A stretch of DNA of 64,000 nucleotides from Folioceros fuciformis (taxonomy: Eukaryota). Positions 49,086-61,230 of this stretch are shown piece by piece (the stretch's first letter is position 1; each line of letters begins with the position of its first letter). Location: positions 1-64,000 of the forward strand of contig JBNGIO010005971.1 of NCBI GenBank assembly GCA_049999805.1, in the 5' to 3' direction. The position numbers were made by a program, and so were the translations under genes. Under the pieces are notes generated by a model. The model did not search any database. It saw nothing but the letters and a program-made list of their open reading frames with translations, and was not told the origin of the DNA.

Positions 49086-49898
49086 AAATATTTGAATTTC
49101 TAATAAATAGTGAATGTGTGATATCCATCATGGTTGTCTCTATGAATCAACCTATAATAGGCCAAGATTCAATTTAAACCCTTGATCTCGGTTGAACAAA
49201 TGCATTGAACATGAATTGGAGAAAGAGCAATTCATGCTCAATGCATGGGGTTCAAGCTACATCAAGGGTTTAAATTCATGCTTCAATTGGCAGCGCAAGT
49301 ACCCACAAGTACATGCGTGGGGTGGGGCGAAAGGAATAAAAAAAGGGCAAAGCGCAAAGGGGGTGAAGGCATGGGTAAGGAAGGAATGCCGATACGGTGT
49401 GATGGGGACACTTTAGATGAGTGGCTTGGCTGACCTATCGATAATAAGGGAAATCATGCACGTTGGCCTGGCGCTGATGGGGCCGCACTCGCCGGCCGGC
49501 GCCCGGGCCTGCCAGCGTAAGTAGCNNNNNNNNNNNNNNNNNNNNNNNNNNNNNNNNNNNNNNNNNNNNNNNNNNNNNNNNNNNNNNNNNNNNNNNNNNN
49601 NNNNNNNNNNNNNNNNNNNNNNNNNTTGGTGTCACCAGTCTAGCATAGTGCAGTGCTGAGGGAAAGGGAAGTCGCGTCTCAAAAAAGAGGCGAGTTCTTG
49701 CAAGCAAGCCAACAAGCAAGCCCGAGGCCCCCGAGACGAGACGTCTCCTCTTCTTATACTTGCGATTCTCTTCGTGTCCAGAGCGACACGAGAAGCAAGC
49801 CAAGCGAGGCCGAGCGCGCGCGAGAGGAGACGTCTCATTGCTCTCTCCTTTCGTGCGCTGCTCTCTTCGTCGTTGCGGAGCAAAGCCAGGCAGCCAGC

Positions 49899-52800
49899 AT
49901 GAGCAGCATAGGCTCCGGCGCTGCTCTCCCCGGCGCTGCCGCCTCGGGACCAAACAAGCGGCAGGCACCTGTGGCACAGAAGAGGCAGCCCGGGCTTGGG
50001 TCGGGTCCTGGCCCGGGCGCAGCAGTCGGCCGCAAGCTGCCCTTGCCGGATAACAACGGGATCCCACCTCCCCGCAAGCCCAGCAGCATCAGCGGCCGCA
50101 ACTCGTACGCCTCCTTCCTCTGCCTTTCTTGCTGCTGCTCTTGCTGTTGCCAAGATCTTGAGGGTAGCTTTCCGTTTTGCTCCAATTGGCCCGCCTGACG
50201 AGCCTTATGAGATCCGTAGCAGATCACTGCATTCTTTGCCTTAGAGCACTGATCTCGCCCGTCCTTTCTCCGCACTACCGAAATTGATTGGCGTTCATGC
50301 AATCATGGAGTCCTGGAACCTTTGCATACCAAAGAATCGTGCTGCTAATCGGTCACTTGCTGCATCAATTGTGTTAATTAGCGTAGGACCAGGCCGACTG
50401 GTCCTGGACCTCTTCATTGTAACATCCGGCGCCGTCCGGATGCGGGAATTCCAGCTGATTGCAGGAGTTGCTTGTGAGCTTGATCAGGTCATCTGGAGAG
50501 CGGACTGTGAAACGGCTCAGACTGTCCAAGGCGCTCACCATTCCAGATGGCACTACTGTCGCGGATGCCTGTCGGAGGATGGCGACCCGGAGGGTGGACG
50601 CTGCTCTGCTCACCGACTCCAGTGCTCTCCTGTGTGGAATCATCACCGATAAGGCAAGTCCCTCTCGCTCTCTCCCTCTCCCTCTCTCGTCGAAAACCGT
50701 AGCTTCTCTACCCCGAATTTGCTCATGGCCTCCTCTTCACCGTCTTCAGGATGTGGCAACCCGAGTTATAGCGGAAGGTCTCAAACCGGAGGACACCCCT
50801 GTGTCCAAGGTCATGACGAGGCATCCTATTTTTGTCATGGGTGACACCCTGGCTGTGGAGGCTTTGCAAAAGATGGTTCAAGGTACGAGTGTGAGTGTGT
50901 TCCCTCACCCACCTTACCTTCTTCTCGTTCCTGCTTCCCGAAACATGTCGTGGTTTTCCTCCATCTCGTTCAGCTCAATCTGCCGTCTCTCTCTGGCAGG
51001 CAAGTTCAGGCACCTTCCAGTGGTGGAAAATGGAGAAGTTGTTGCTCTCCTGGATATTACTAAGTGCCTGTACGACGCTATTGCCCGAATGGAGAGAGCC
51101 GCTGAAAAAGGAAATGCAATTGCTGCAGCGGTCGAGGGTGTGGAACGCCAATGGGGAAACACTCTGGCTGGTTAGCTCACCTCATATACTTGCCTTCTTC
51201 CCGCCATGAGATCCTTCACAGGCCAAACTTGACGCTCTCTCTTCCTCGCTACCCTCCCCGACCCCCCCCCGCCATGCAGCACCCTCAAGCTTCATTGAGA
51301 CATTACGGGAGCGAATGTTTCGGCCTACATTAGGCTCTCTGGTCAATGACACTGTTAAGTGAGTGTCAACTTTGTTCTTCGGGCTCATTCTGTTTGTTTT
51401 CAGGTCACATCTATTTTCTTATACTGCTTTCGACGGTTGACTTGTGTTTGTAGAGTAGCCACAGTATCACCATCTGATACGGTGTACACAGCAACTAGGA
51501 AGATGCGGGAGCTTCGGGTTAACTCTGTCATCATCACCACAGGGAACAAGCCTCAAGGCATTCTCACGTCTGTATTCCATTTCCACCTGGTCCAATCTGT
51601 GCTTGATGGTCCGTGAGCCTTGGTTTGCATGACCTGGTGGCTATTTGAATTTGCTATCCCAGATAGTGTCTAGGGCTAATTGCTTGTTTGTGCTGTACTT
51701 CAGGTCCAAGGATGTTTTGATGAGAGTTGTTGCTTCGGGTCATCCTCCTGACACTACAACAGTAGATAAGGTAACTCTTGCCATGTACCATCGGATAGCG
51801 CTGTATGTAGTGTATGGAAGCTGTCTGACGAAGTTGCCCTCCGTCAGTTGCCCCGTTTTATGAGGAGTGCAACCCTTGACCCTCTGTCGTGTTTGAGTCT
51901 TGAGTTTTGAGGGTTACCCATAACTGGAGTGCTCTCATGATCCTTGTAGCTTTAAGTGCAGTTATTGAGTGGAATCCTTGGCTGTTTGACAGGTCATGAC
52001 ACCAAATCCTGAATGCGCTACTTTGGATACTACGATAGTGGATGCCCTGCACACCATGCATGATGGGAAATTTCTTCATCTGCCCGTTTTGAATCGAGGT
52101 ATCCCGACCAGCTTGTCAATGAGCTGATGATCATCGACACCAGCTTGGAAGTAGCACCTGATTCGTGTTGGTTTGTACTATGGCAGATGGCCATGTGGTT
52201 GCATGCATGGATGTACTTCAGCTAACTCACGGAGCTGTTGCTACTGTAAGTGAGGTTTGGTCGTGGTTAGTTATTTCGCTACCATTAGACGAGAAGCTTG
52301 TTGAGGGAAATTCCTGTTCTTATGACCAAATGATCTGGCTCGGCTTTAGGTCGGAAGCGGTGGTGGCTCCGGTGGTGTGCCAGGTTCTACTGGCAGCGAC
52401 ATGGCAAGCACTATGCTACAGAAGTTCTGGGACTCGGCGCTTGCCCTTGAGCCACCAGAAGATGATGATGACTCCCGCAGGTGAGCCTTCCCTTGTTATT
52501 CAGTGGACGGGTTCAACAGACGTCGGCTCTGTTCCATGTGTGTCACAGTCTTCGTTAACTTTTTGTAACTCTTTGTTGCTTTTGTTCCACAGTGATATCT
52601 CGAATAGGCTTGCATCAGAAGCTGCATATGGATCTGAAGCGGGAAGGATGGGTAATGCTTTGCTGGGTCCAGGGTTCTATTTTGACTTCAAGCTGGAAGA
52701 TGGAAAAGGACGGGTGCATAGGTTCCCCTGTGGTACGAGACCTCGATAGTTTGCTTCACTACCAACTGTTTGTTTTTGTCCACCGAAGTCTCACCAAAGC

Positions 52801-53434
52801 TTTGAATGCCGCACAGGAACTGAGAGCCTCACAGAGCTTGTTTCAGCTGTTGTGCAACGTGTGGGCGATGATGTGAACTTGTCCCGTTTGCCAAATTTGA
52901 TGGTATGACTCAAGTACCCTTTTCTTGGGGATGTACTCAACATTCACTCTTCCCTTGCTGTAAATTGTGACGCCTCTGTTATGGTGCAGTACGAAGATGA
53001 GGATGGGGACAAGGTTCTCCTTACTAATGACAGCGACCTCGTATCTGCCATCACCCATGCCCGTGCCACTGATCGGAGGGTATGTAGTGTTCGACATGAA
53101 TAGCCTGTCGAGTCCGATGTGACGTGACCCAGTTCGGCCTCTGAGGAGATGAGAGTTCGATGTGTGTGCATGCATGCAGGTGCTGAAGTTGAAGTTGGAC
53201 TACGCGGAGCAGAATAGCAGCAACGGCCATGGTCATAATGCCAGCGGCGGTGTGAAGGGTGAGGTGGGGAGGGGCCCAAACAGCACCCACGAGGCTGCTC
53301 GAAAAGAGATTTGGAGCTCAACGCACACGGCCGTGGTGGCAGGAGCAGCCATGGTCGTGGGCGTCAGCTTGCTCTTCTATCTCAGAAGGTCCGGTTCCGA
53401 TGGCACTCCCCCAAAGATTCGGTGGAATCAGTAA
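49899..53434 (+). CDS. CBSCBSPB: CBS-CBS-PB1 protein (CBSCBSPB family) with C-terminal TM anchor, multi-exon
   Basis: GERTVKRLRLSKALTIPDGTTVADACRRMATRRVDA, VMTRHPIFV, GKFRHLPVVENGEV, VMTPNPECAT, HDGKFLHLPV, PB1 (FKLEDGKGRVHRF, YEDEDGDKVLL) and the TM segment AVVAGAAMVVGVSLLFYLRR. Confidence 0.96.
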
Positions 53435-53887
53435 CGAATATACTGAATTCTCACGCTGAAACTTTGGAACCATCATCCTTCCAGCAAGAACGAGATGTCA
53501 TGTTGTGTTTGCGACTATTTTGGGCATGTATCACTATCGCGAGGATGGGAAGCGTGTTGTTATTTTCTAACTAAGTTTCCTCCGTAGATAGTTGATGAAA
53601 TCAAACGTGATCCTTGCAGGTCCTAAAGTGGCTTGCATACATTTCGCCGTCCGTCGCGTCGCGGGAGACGTCTTGCTGTAGCTGTCATTCATGAACCAAG
53701 ATCTGAAACTGTTTTTTTTGGTGAAGAAGAGAAGACTTTTTTATGTCGACGAATTACGAATTACTGGATTGGAACTGAATTAAGTTGGAACTACATTAAA
53801 AGGTGGAATAAATTAATACAAAATAAATATGCAAAATTATCTTTATGTTTTTATCATATATCTTAAACTTCGAACGCTTGCCGTCAG

Positions 53888-53960
53888 GGGGATGTAGCTC
53901 AGATGGTAGAGCGCTCGCTTAGCATGCGAGAGGTACGGGGATCGATACCCCGCATTTCCA
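53888..53960 (+). tRNA. trnA-AGC: tRNA-Ala (AGC)
   Basis: GGGGATGTAGCTCAGATGGTAGAGCGCTCGCTTAGCATGCGAGAGGTACGGGGATCGATACCCCGCATTTCCA: 73 nt, cloverleaf, G3-U70 pair. Confidence 0.96.
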
Positions 53961-54176
53961 TTCGTTGTGCAGTCCATAACTTTTCTTCCGGTCGACATGA
54001 TCTCGGGTTTGTCTGAGATGCGGCGGTGCCTGAAGGATGGCAACCGGGACTTCCCTCTCACCTCAGCTCTGGGACTAAACGCCTGTCAAACAACCGGGCG
54101 ACCATGTGCAGCAGCGTGATCAGCTCAGCACTCCCACTTCCCAAAAAATTTGGGGCTGGGGACGCATTTCCCTTGG

Positions 54177-55200
54177 ATGGGCCTCGCCAGGAGCAGTTGT
54201 GGGAACGATTTTTTGATGGACCCTACCGTGTGGTTGGATAACACACGAGGTAAGACAAGGTCTAGTTCGCCTGACTTCCGGCATAGGGGGTCCGACGAGG
54301 TCCTGTGGGTGAAGAGCAGGCTCAAGCTAGCCAGGGTTGATTAGCAGCTGGTTGCTTTGGATTTGCAGATGGGTCATGGTGCCTCTCCTCACAAGTGGAA
54401 CTCTCGGCACAAGCCTGAAGCTGGCAGGGGTGCAGGATCGGGAATGGGCGTCGTAACGGCTCGAACTGTGAGCATGCTATGCGCGCAGGGGAAGCTTTCT
54501 GAAGCCGTTGGAGCCCTGGAATGTCTGGCACAGACAAGACTCTGTTATTTCTCAATCTCTGTTTGACACTGCGATAAAGCTGTGTGCTAGCTATCAAGGC
54601 GAACAAGGATTTGGTTGTGGGGCGACGAGTTGGTGATCTCGCTGTCTAGCAAACTTATGTACGAGTCGGATGCCTACTTGGGGAAACCATTTCTTACGCA
54701 TGTATGCACAGGCTGGAGGAGGCCGTTGATGTGTTTAGCAGGGTGGACAAACTACATGTCTTCATGACGTCTTCCATAATCTCCGCCCGTGCCAGCATCA
54801 GAGACCGCAAGCTTGTGCATTTGCTGCTGACTTGGAATCTGGCACAAAGCTTCACTCTGATGTCTTGCACAGTGAGTGGCATTCCTACTAACATGTTTGT
54901 GTTGGCAACTGCCTCGTAGACATGTATGCAAAATGTGGTGGATGGGAAGGTGCACGCCTGCTTTTTGACAGAATGGCCACAGAGGATGTAGCGACGTGGA
55001 ATGCTCATGCCCTGATAGCTGGGTATGCCAGCCAAGGGCTGGCACACGAGGCACTTTGTTTTGTACGGACAGATGGAGCAGGAAGGAGTGCTTTTGGGTG
55101 ACTGTGTTACGTTTGCTTGCCTTCTCACGACGTTGGCCACAAAGAATGTGGAGACATTGGACTGCGCTGATTGCTGGGTACCAGTGAAAGTCAGAAGCAC
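54177..55200 (+). pseudogene. PLS-PPR pseudogene related to the PPR gene at 27759-30929
   Basis: VVTARTVSMLCAQGKLSEAVGALECL versus VVTAETVSMLCDEGHLGEAVEALGVL, followed by frameshifted remnants (KDLVVGRRVG, LVDMYAKCGG, DVATWNA, DCVTFACLL). Confidence 0.85.
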
Positions 55201-55671
55201 CCAGTGTCCTTAAAGATTCTTTGAATTTGCAATGTCATGCAGTAGTAGACGCCAAGCATGAAAGAAGGGCCATGGTTGTTCCTTCTTCCTCAAGAACTTA
55301 TTGAACGGACCCCAACCCAAAATGTTTGTTTCTTTTCTTGCTCCAAACTGGAGCGGCTAACTAGGTGGGTACCTTATGCACCTACAACCCGTGATCTAGA
55401 ATTTGACCTACGACCTCCAATTGTAGGTAGGTAGATCTAAAAAGCTGTAGCCTTGGACAAGCGAACACTAACAAGAAAGTCAAAGATGGAGAAGAAGATG
55501 AAGAAGACAAGAGAGAAGAAAAGGATATTAATAATAAACAACGGAAATGATGAACCGGAAGACAACGGAAGTGAACACGGTACTTCAAAAGAAAAGGAAA
55601 AATCTCCATTCGTTGGAAGCGAACAGTTGGAAAAGAAAGAGATAAAATAAGACATTTGTATTGGATTATCA

Positions 55672-55754
55672 TCCGACTTGCCGGATTCGAACCAGCGACC
55701 TAAGGATATCTGTTGCTCTACAGTCCTCCGCTCTACCAACTGAGCTAAAGTCGG
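55672..55754 (-). tRNA. trnY-GTA: tRNA-Tyr (GTA) with 10-nt intron
   Basis: CCGACTTTAGCTCAGTTGGTAGAGCGGAGGACTGTAG-agcaacagat-ATCCTTAGGTCGCTGGTTCGAATCCGGCAAGTCGGA; the acceptor stem CCGACTT/AAGTCGG is fully paired. Confidence 0.96.
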
Positions 55755-56196
55755 TCGATGCTCCATGAGTAAAATGTATAATATATAACTGTATAAATAG
55801 CACGCAGCGTTTTTAGTAACTAAACTACGGCAGTGGCTGCCCGTTCCCTCATGCCTACGATTTGTTCTGGTGCTCGTTTTGAGTTAGCTACAGGACTGTG
55901 TCAGCTTGTTATGCCAAGCAGCAGATGTCGCCGGTGGAATCCGGAAGCTGGCGACAGGCGTGAGATCGTGTTTCGGCTACACTTGGGGCTGGAGCGTTCG
56001 GAGTGTGGGATGCCAGCCCTTGCAACAGAACCGACAGTTCCTCTTCCTCTTCCCAACTAGGGAGCGGAACATCTGGTGCACATTTGGAATTACAGACGTG
56101 GCACACAAAGGAGGGGCCTAGTTTGACTGTGGTGTCTGGAAAAGGCTTGTCTCAAAAACGGTAAAGCACCGTCGCGATCGCAACACTTTGGTGCTC

Positions 56197-57766
56197 TCAC
56201 TTGGAGCACAGCTCCTCGATGTCTCCACATATTTCAGCCCCAGCCTTGGGTTGCTTGGAGATGACGAGCTGGCCACAGGCACCTGCAATGTCTTGTCCCA
56301 TCTCTTGCCGCACTGTTGTGCGCAAACCGTATTGTTCCCTCACAACCTTCTGGAAACGAGACAGGCTTTCCTCGCTGCTTCTTTCGTATCCGGCAGTGAC
56401 ACTCACTGGGTTGTAGGGAATGAGATTTACAACCTGCAAATCAGATACCTCACGTCAACTACTTGTCGAGGTGATCCTCCCTGTGACAACACTTACTTGA
56501 TCCATACGGCCCGAAAGAGACTGAACTCACAACTTTGCGATCCTGTAAGAGAGACCCCAGCTGATGTGCGTGGAGCTCAGAGTCATTAATGCCGGCGATC
56601 ATTATGTACTCGATCAGCACGCTGTTCCCACTGTTGAGATGAAACCACAACATTTGTCAGTGTGCGCATCAGGCTTCAACAGCAGCAACAAACTCTGAGT
56701 GATCATACGTGGCCGTTTGGTAGGAAGCTACAGCCGCCATGAGCTTGTCCAAGGGGTAGGCTCCGGCCACAGGAATGATTTGCCGACGAAGCTCCTGGTT
56801 GCAGGCATGCAAGGACAGAGCCAGGTTCACTCCAGGCAAGTCACTGGCAAGGGACATGATCCGAGGAATGACACCGACCTGAAAGGACGACAGGAAAAAG
56901 GTTCAATTCCAATCATCACTAGCAGCATAAAACTACACGCATCTGATCTGATGCCCAAAAACTACCGAACATGACTACTGCCAATAGCATCACTGCAAAC
57001 TGTCACCGTGGATATGGTGATGTGATGTTGAGACAAGCCGAAGGCATCACTCGTAACAGCCTTGACAGCTTGCACAACAGCAGCATAGTTATTCAGAGGC
57101 TCCCCCATGCCCTGCAGCAACCAAGTGCGGCCTCAGCAAGCGATCGAACAAAAAGCAGCTGAAACTGAAGCAACCCTTGGACTGGAATGGAAACAAGGAC
57201 GCACACACCATGAACACGATGTTGCGCACAGGAGCAATCCGCGAGGCGTGCACGACCTGCTCCACAATCTCCCCGGCAGTGAGGTTGCCCTTGAACCCCA
57301 TGGTACCCGTGGCGCAGAAGGTGCACGCCATCTTGCACCCGACCTGCGACGAGACGCAGAGCGTGGATCGCAAACCCTTGCCAGCGCGTGTGGCGCGCGG
57401 ACCCCCGGCGAACGTCCCGTTGGAGGCATCGTGCCGCATGAGCACCGCCTCCACATCCTGTCCGTTCTGCAGCGAGATGAGCAGCTTGGTAGTACTCCCG
57501 TCTGTGGAGGTGCGTTGCGAGCGCACCCGAGACGTCAGGCTCCTGAAGCGCGACCTCAGCAGCGGGTACGCCGCCGCCGGCAGGTCTGGCACCTCATGCG
57601 CCTGCCCTATGCCATCTCCATCCTCTGCCTTTCCATCCTGCTGCCGCTGCTGCAGAACGTGCTTCCAGATGCGCCGGACGTGAACTGGCTTCACTGCGAC
57701 GCTGGCCAGCTGCGCCTGCAGAAACTGCTCATCGAAAATGCTGTGGCACGCCATACCGGCCTCCAT
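56197..57766 (-). CDS. rlmN: RlmN/Cfr-family radical-SAM RNA methyltransferase, multi-exon
   Basis: [21 protein letters not shown] (CxxxCxxC), [39 protein letters not shown] and [12 protein letters not shown]. Confidence 0.96.
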
Positions 57767-58420
57767 CCTCAGCCGCTTCCGCCTTCAACACTAGTCTGTC
57801 ATATGACTTACATCTTTCACATGCTTCCCTTGTCCCACACTCTCCGTCTGTCACATGTCTGCATGTTTAAACTCCTTCCCCTTCCATAGTCGCCTTCCAC
57901 AGGCTTCCTTTCGACAGTGCCTTATCTTTGCCATGCTTCAAGCTTCACCCATTCTGAGCCAATCTCTCTGGCATGGGACAGGAGGGCTAGAAGTTAGTGA
58001 TGGTAGAAACCCTCGAGTTTAATGGTGAAACCCTCGTGGGCTGGCCACCACACTGCCCATTCTATTCCACAACTTGACAACTTCAGCATTAGTTCAGATG
58101 CTTCTCTCCAAGCAGCTGTCTAGTCTAGTTACAGAATCAACCTCTGCATAGCCCAGTTGTCAGCTGTACTTACAAAACACATGCATTAGCGTTCTCGCTT
58201 GTGTGAATCTGTGTGCTTAGTTCTTCATCCCTTTTTGGTTGGTGTCCTCCGGTCTCCTTCCTTGGCCTCGGGGACGCTCGTCTTCGTGTTGTTCTTCTTC
58301 CTGGCCCCTGGCCAACAAGCGCCGAGCAACGCGAGCGGCTGGCAGCAGCGTGTGGGATGAGCTGCCGGCCGGGTGCAGCTCCCACCCCAGTCCCAGGCCC
58401 AGGCCCAGGCCCGCGCGGCC

Positions 58421-60641
58421 ATGGCTGGCGGCTCCGGGACGGGGGTATGGAACCTGCCGCAAGACGTGGCGAGGGTGGTCCTGGGCTGCGTCCAGGACCC
58501 CTTGGACCTGGCGTCCGCGGCCAGCGCGTGCCGCTACCTGAGGGACGCGGCGCTCGCCGCTCCCTGCCGCCTGCGCCTTCGCCCCCCGCAGGCGGCTCAC
58601 CATCAGAAGTGGACGGTTGCCGTGCTGGCCTGGCTCCGCCGCCTCCTGCCGCATACCCGCGCGCTTGATCTGGCCGGCTGCCCCATCTTCGATCAGGATG
58701 TCGCACTCCTGCTCCACGACCTCCACGACCTGGACTGCCTCCTCCTCGACAACTGCCAGAAACTGTGCGCCCTCTCTTCTTCATCCATCTCCTCTTATCC
58801 TCGTCTGCCACTGACTCCGGATTCCCCCCCTCTTTGCGTTTGTTTGTATGCAGGACATCCGCTGTTGCAGACAAGCTCGCCGCCTGCGTCAGCTCCGGGC
58901 CTCGGATTTTGAGTCTGCAGCGATGCTACAGGCTTGGGGCTACTGCCGCCGGCAATCTTCTGGTGGCAGCGTCGGGCCACGGATCCAGGCTGGAGTGCGT
59001 CCTGCTTAGTCATTTGGATGGACTGAATTTTCCCGCCCAGTCGCAGCAGCGGCATCTCGGCGCGGGCCTGCGAATTCTGGCTCTCCACAACTGTAGCACT
59101 CTCGGTTCTCATGACTTTGCTGCCGTGGTATGGATTCTTCAGCTGCCTTGGCTACTCTGGCTGGACTCTGCCTGCCGTAGTTTTGTGAGCTTGAATTTTT
59201 ATTATTTTTCTCCTACTTGTCTGTGTAGGCCGGGGCATCTCCTTGCCTGGAGATGCTCATGGTAGGGGGCTCTGTACATGGCTTGGGTCTGGCCAAGTCC
59301 GATGACCTTCTTCCATACAAGGTTGCACTTGTGTCTGCTGTCCTTGTGGCCACTGTTGAAGCTCTGCCTAGGCTGCAGGTTCTGGAGATCACTTTTTTTT
59401 CGGCTCTTGTTGTTCAAGCTGTCAGGTGAGCTCCTGGCGTGCCGAATGCGTTGTTTCGCAAGCAAACAAGCTTTTTTGGCTGTAATACCCGAGTTATGCC
59501 CTCTAATGTATGAATGCAATGAGCTGACAGTCTGCGCAAATGGATGGTTGTGTAGAGACCAGGTCAGGAAAGGAGTGCTTGTCTGGGATTTTTGTGATCC
59601 AGCATCTGTGGCGAAGGCTGCTGCAGTGCTATCTAGGTTGAAGATATCAGGTGGCCTTGGGTCGGATGCCGTACAAAGAAGAGATCCACACCATAGAACT
59701 TGTACAGAGTGTTGTGGTGATGAGAATGACACGAGAATGGAGAACCGGATTTTACAACAGTCGGAGGAGGATGTTGCACTTGCTCTTCAGGCAGCCGCTA
59801 ATTGCTCGGACGCGAGGAGGCTGACACCTTTGCATGTAGCTGCCTCTCGTGGAAATTGTGACATGATGAGAAACCTCCTCTGCACCGGTGCTTCTGCATC
59901 GGGGAAGAAGGATTTGAGCGGGGCCACTGCCTTGTTCTGGGCGGCTGAGTATGGGCATGCGGAAGCTTGTCGTATCCTTTTGAAGGCAGGTGCTGAGTTG
60001 TTTGAGAGGAACAATGGCGGAGAGACTCCCTTGTACATCGCCGCCCTCAAGGGGCATGCCGCCTCGGTTGAAGGCATCGTTGAACATTGCTGCGAGCACG
60101 GTATCATTTGGCAAGATCCTACACTCTATTGTAAGCCTGTGCCACAGATTTACTTGTATTTTGATACGAGCATCCGACGATTTTCTGGCCTTAGGACTGG
60201 TTTTCACTTTTTTTTAACTTCGGTGCAAATGTAGGTGATGGCTGGACCCCCCTCCTGGCAGCTGCAGTGGCGGGTCACCAAGAGGAGGGTAAAATTTTGC
60301 TCTCTGCTACGGGAGATGAGAAGCTTGCTCGTCTTCTTCTGGATGCTCAAAATCGTTACGGCTTGACTGCCCTGCACATCGCTGCACGGAGGCCGTCAGT
60401 TTGGTTTGTGGAGACGTTGCTGGACGCCGGTGCGTCCTTTGATATTCGGGACAACTGGGGCCACACAGCTCTGGACCTGGCCCTCAAATTCGGTCATCAG
60501 GATGTAGCTCAGATCCTGAGGCGACGGAAACCTTCCCTGGAACTGGCAACTAGTCCTAGTCTGAGGGGCCCAACAGTCCTAAAAGACTCCTATCTCGGAA
60601 GAAGCAGACACGGCGACATATCGAAGGTGGAGTTTCAGTAA
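58421..60641 (+). CDS. F-box-like / LRR / ankyrin-repeat protein, multi-exon
   Basis: N-terminal WNLPQDVARVVLGCVQDPLDLASAASACRYLR (F-box-like), LRR motifs (LDLAGC, LLLDNCQKL, LSLQRC, LALHNC) and ankyrin repeats (TPLHVAA, TALFWAAEYGH, GETPLYIAALKGH, GWTPLLAA, GLTALHIAA, GHTALDLA). Confidence 0.85.
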
Positions 60642-60893
60642 GGTGGGTGTCTAAATCGGTCGTCCTGCCCTTTCCTTCGGAGGAAGGGGCTGCTGTTGTT
60701 GCAGCTGGGACACGCTCTGCTGATGACACTCAGAAATTAACCAGGTGTCCAAAGGAGCTGCGATCAGACAGCTATGGAGAACTGAGTTTTGTAGGCGCAC
60801 ATGCTGTGTGCCGTGTGACAACCTGCACGAGCAGAACGTAAGGTGGGCTGGGGGAGTTTTCCAGCAGTTTTCCAGCTGACCGATTCCGCACTT

Positions 60894-61072
60894 TTCGGAC
60901 CCTCAATATGAAAGTTTCGGACCCTCAATATGAAAGCTCCTCCCCAAGCACTACGTCGTTCAAGGCGCCGTTCGTAATGAACCGTGAGGCTGAAACTGCG
61001 CAGGTTTCCGATGCAGCTCATTAAAGTGCACTGCGCAGTGAAGAGGAAGTGCACTGCGCAGTGAAGAGGAAG
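60894..61072. repeat. Two short tandem duplications (22 bp and 23 bp)
   Basis: TTCGGACCCTCAATATGAAAG x2 and GTGCACTGCGCAGTGAAGAGGAA x2. Confidence 0.8.
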
Positions 61073-61230
61073 CTTTCATTAAAGAGGAAGCTTGTCTTCT
61101 TCGAAAGCCACATGAAGCACGCGCCTAGAGGAAGTTTTTCTAGGCTTGTTGTTTCATATTTTACTTATTTTATATTTTACACTACCAGTATAAATTACTG
61201 GACCCCTTCCTAAGGGGTCGGTAAAGGTGT

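Noticed and set aside
61180-61190. CACTA transposon terminus
   Set aside because: It is a single CACTA word with no matching inverted end or subterminal repeats found.
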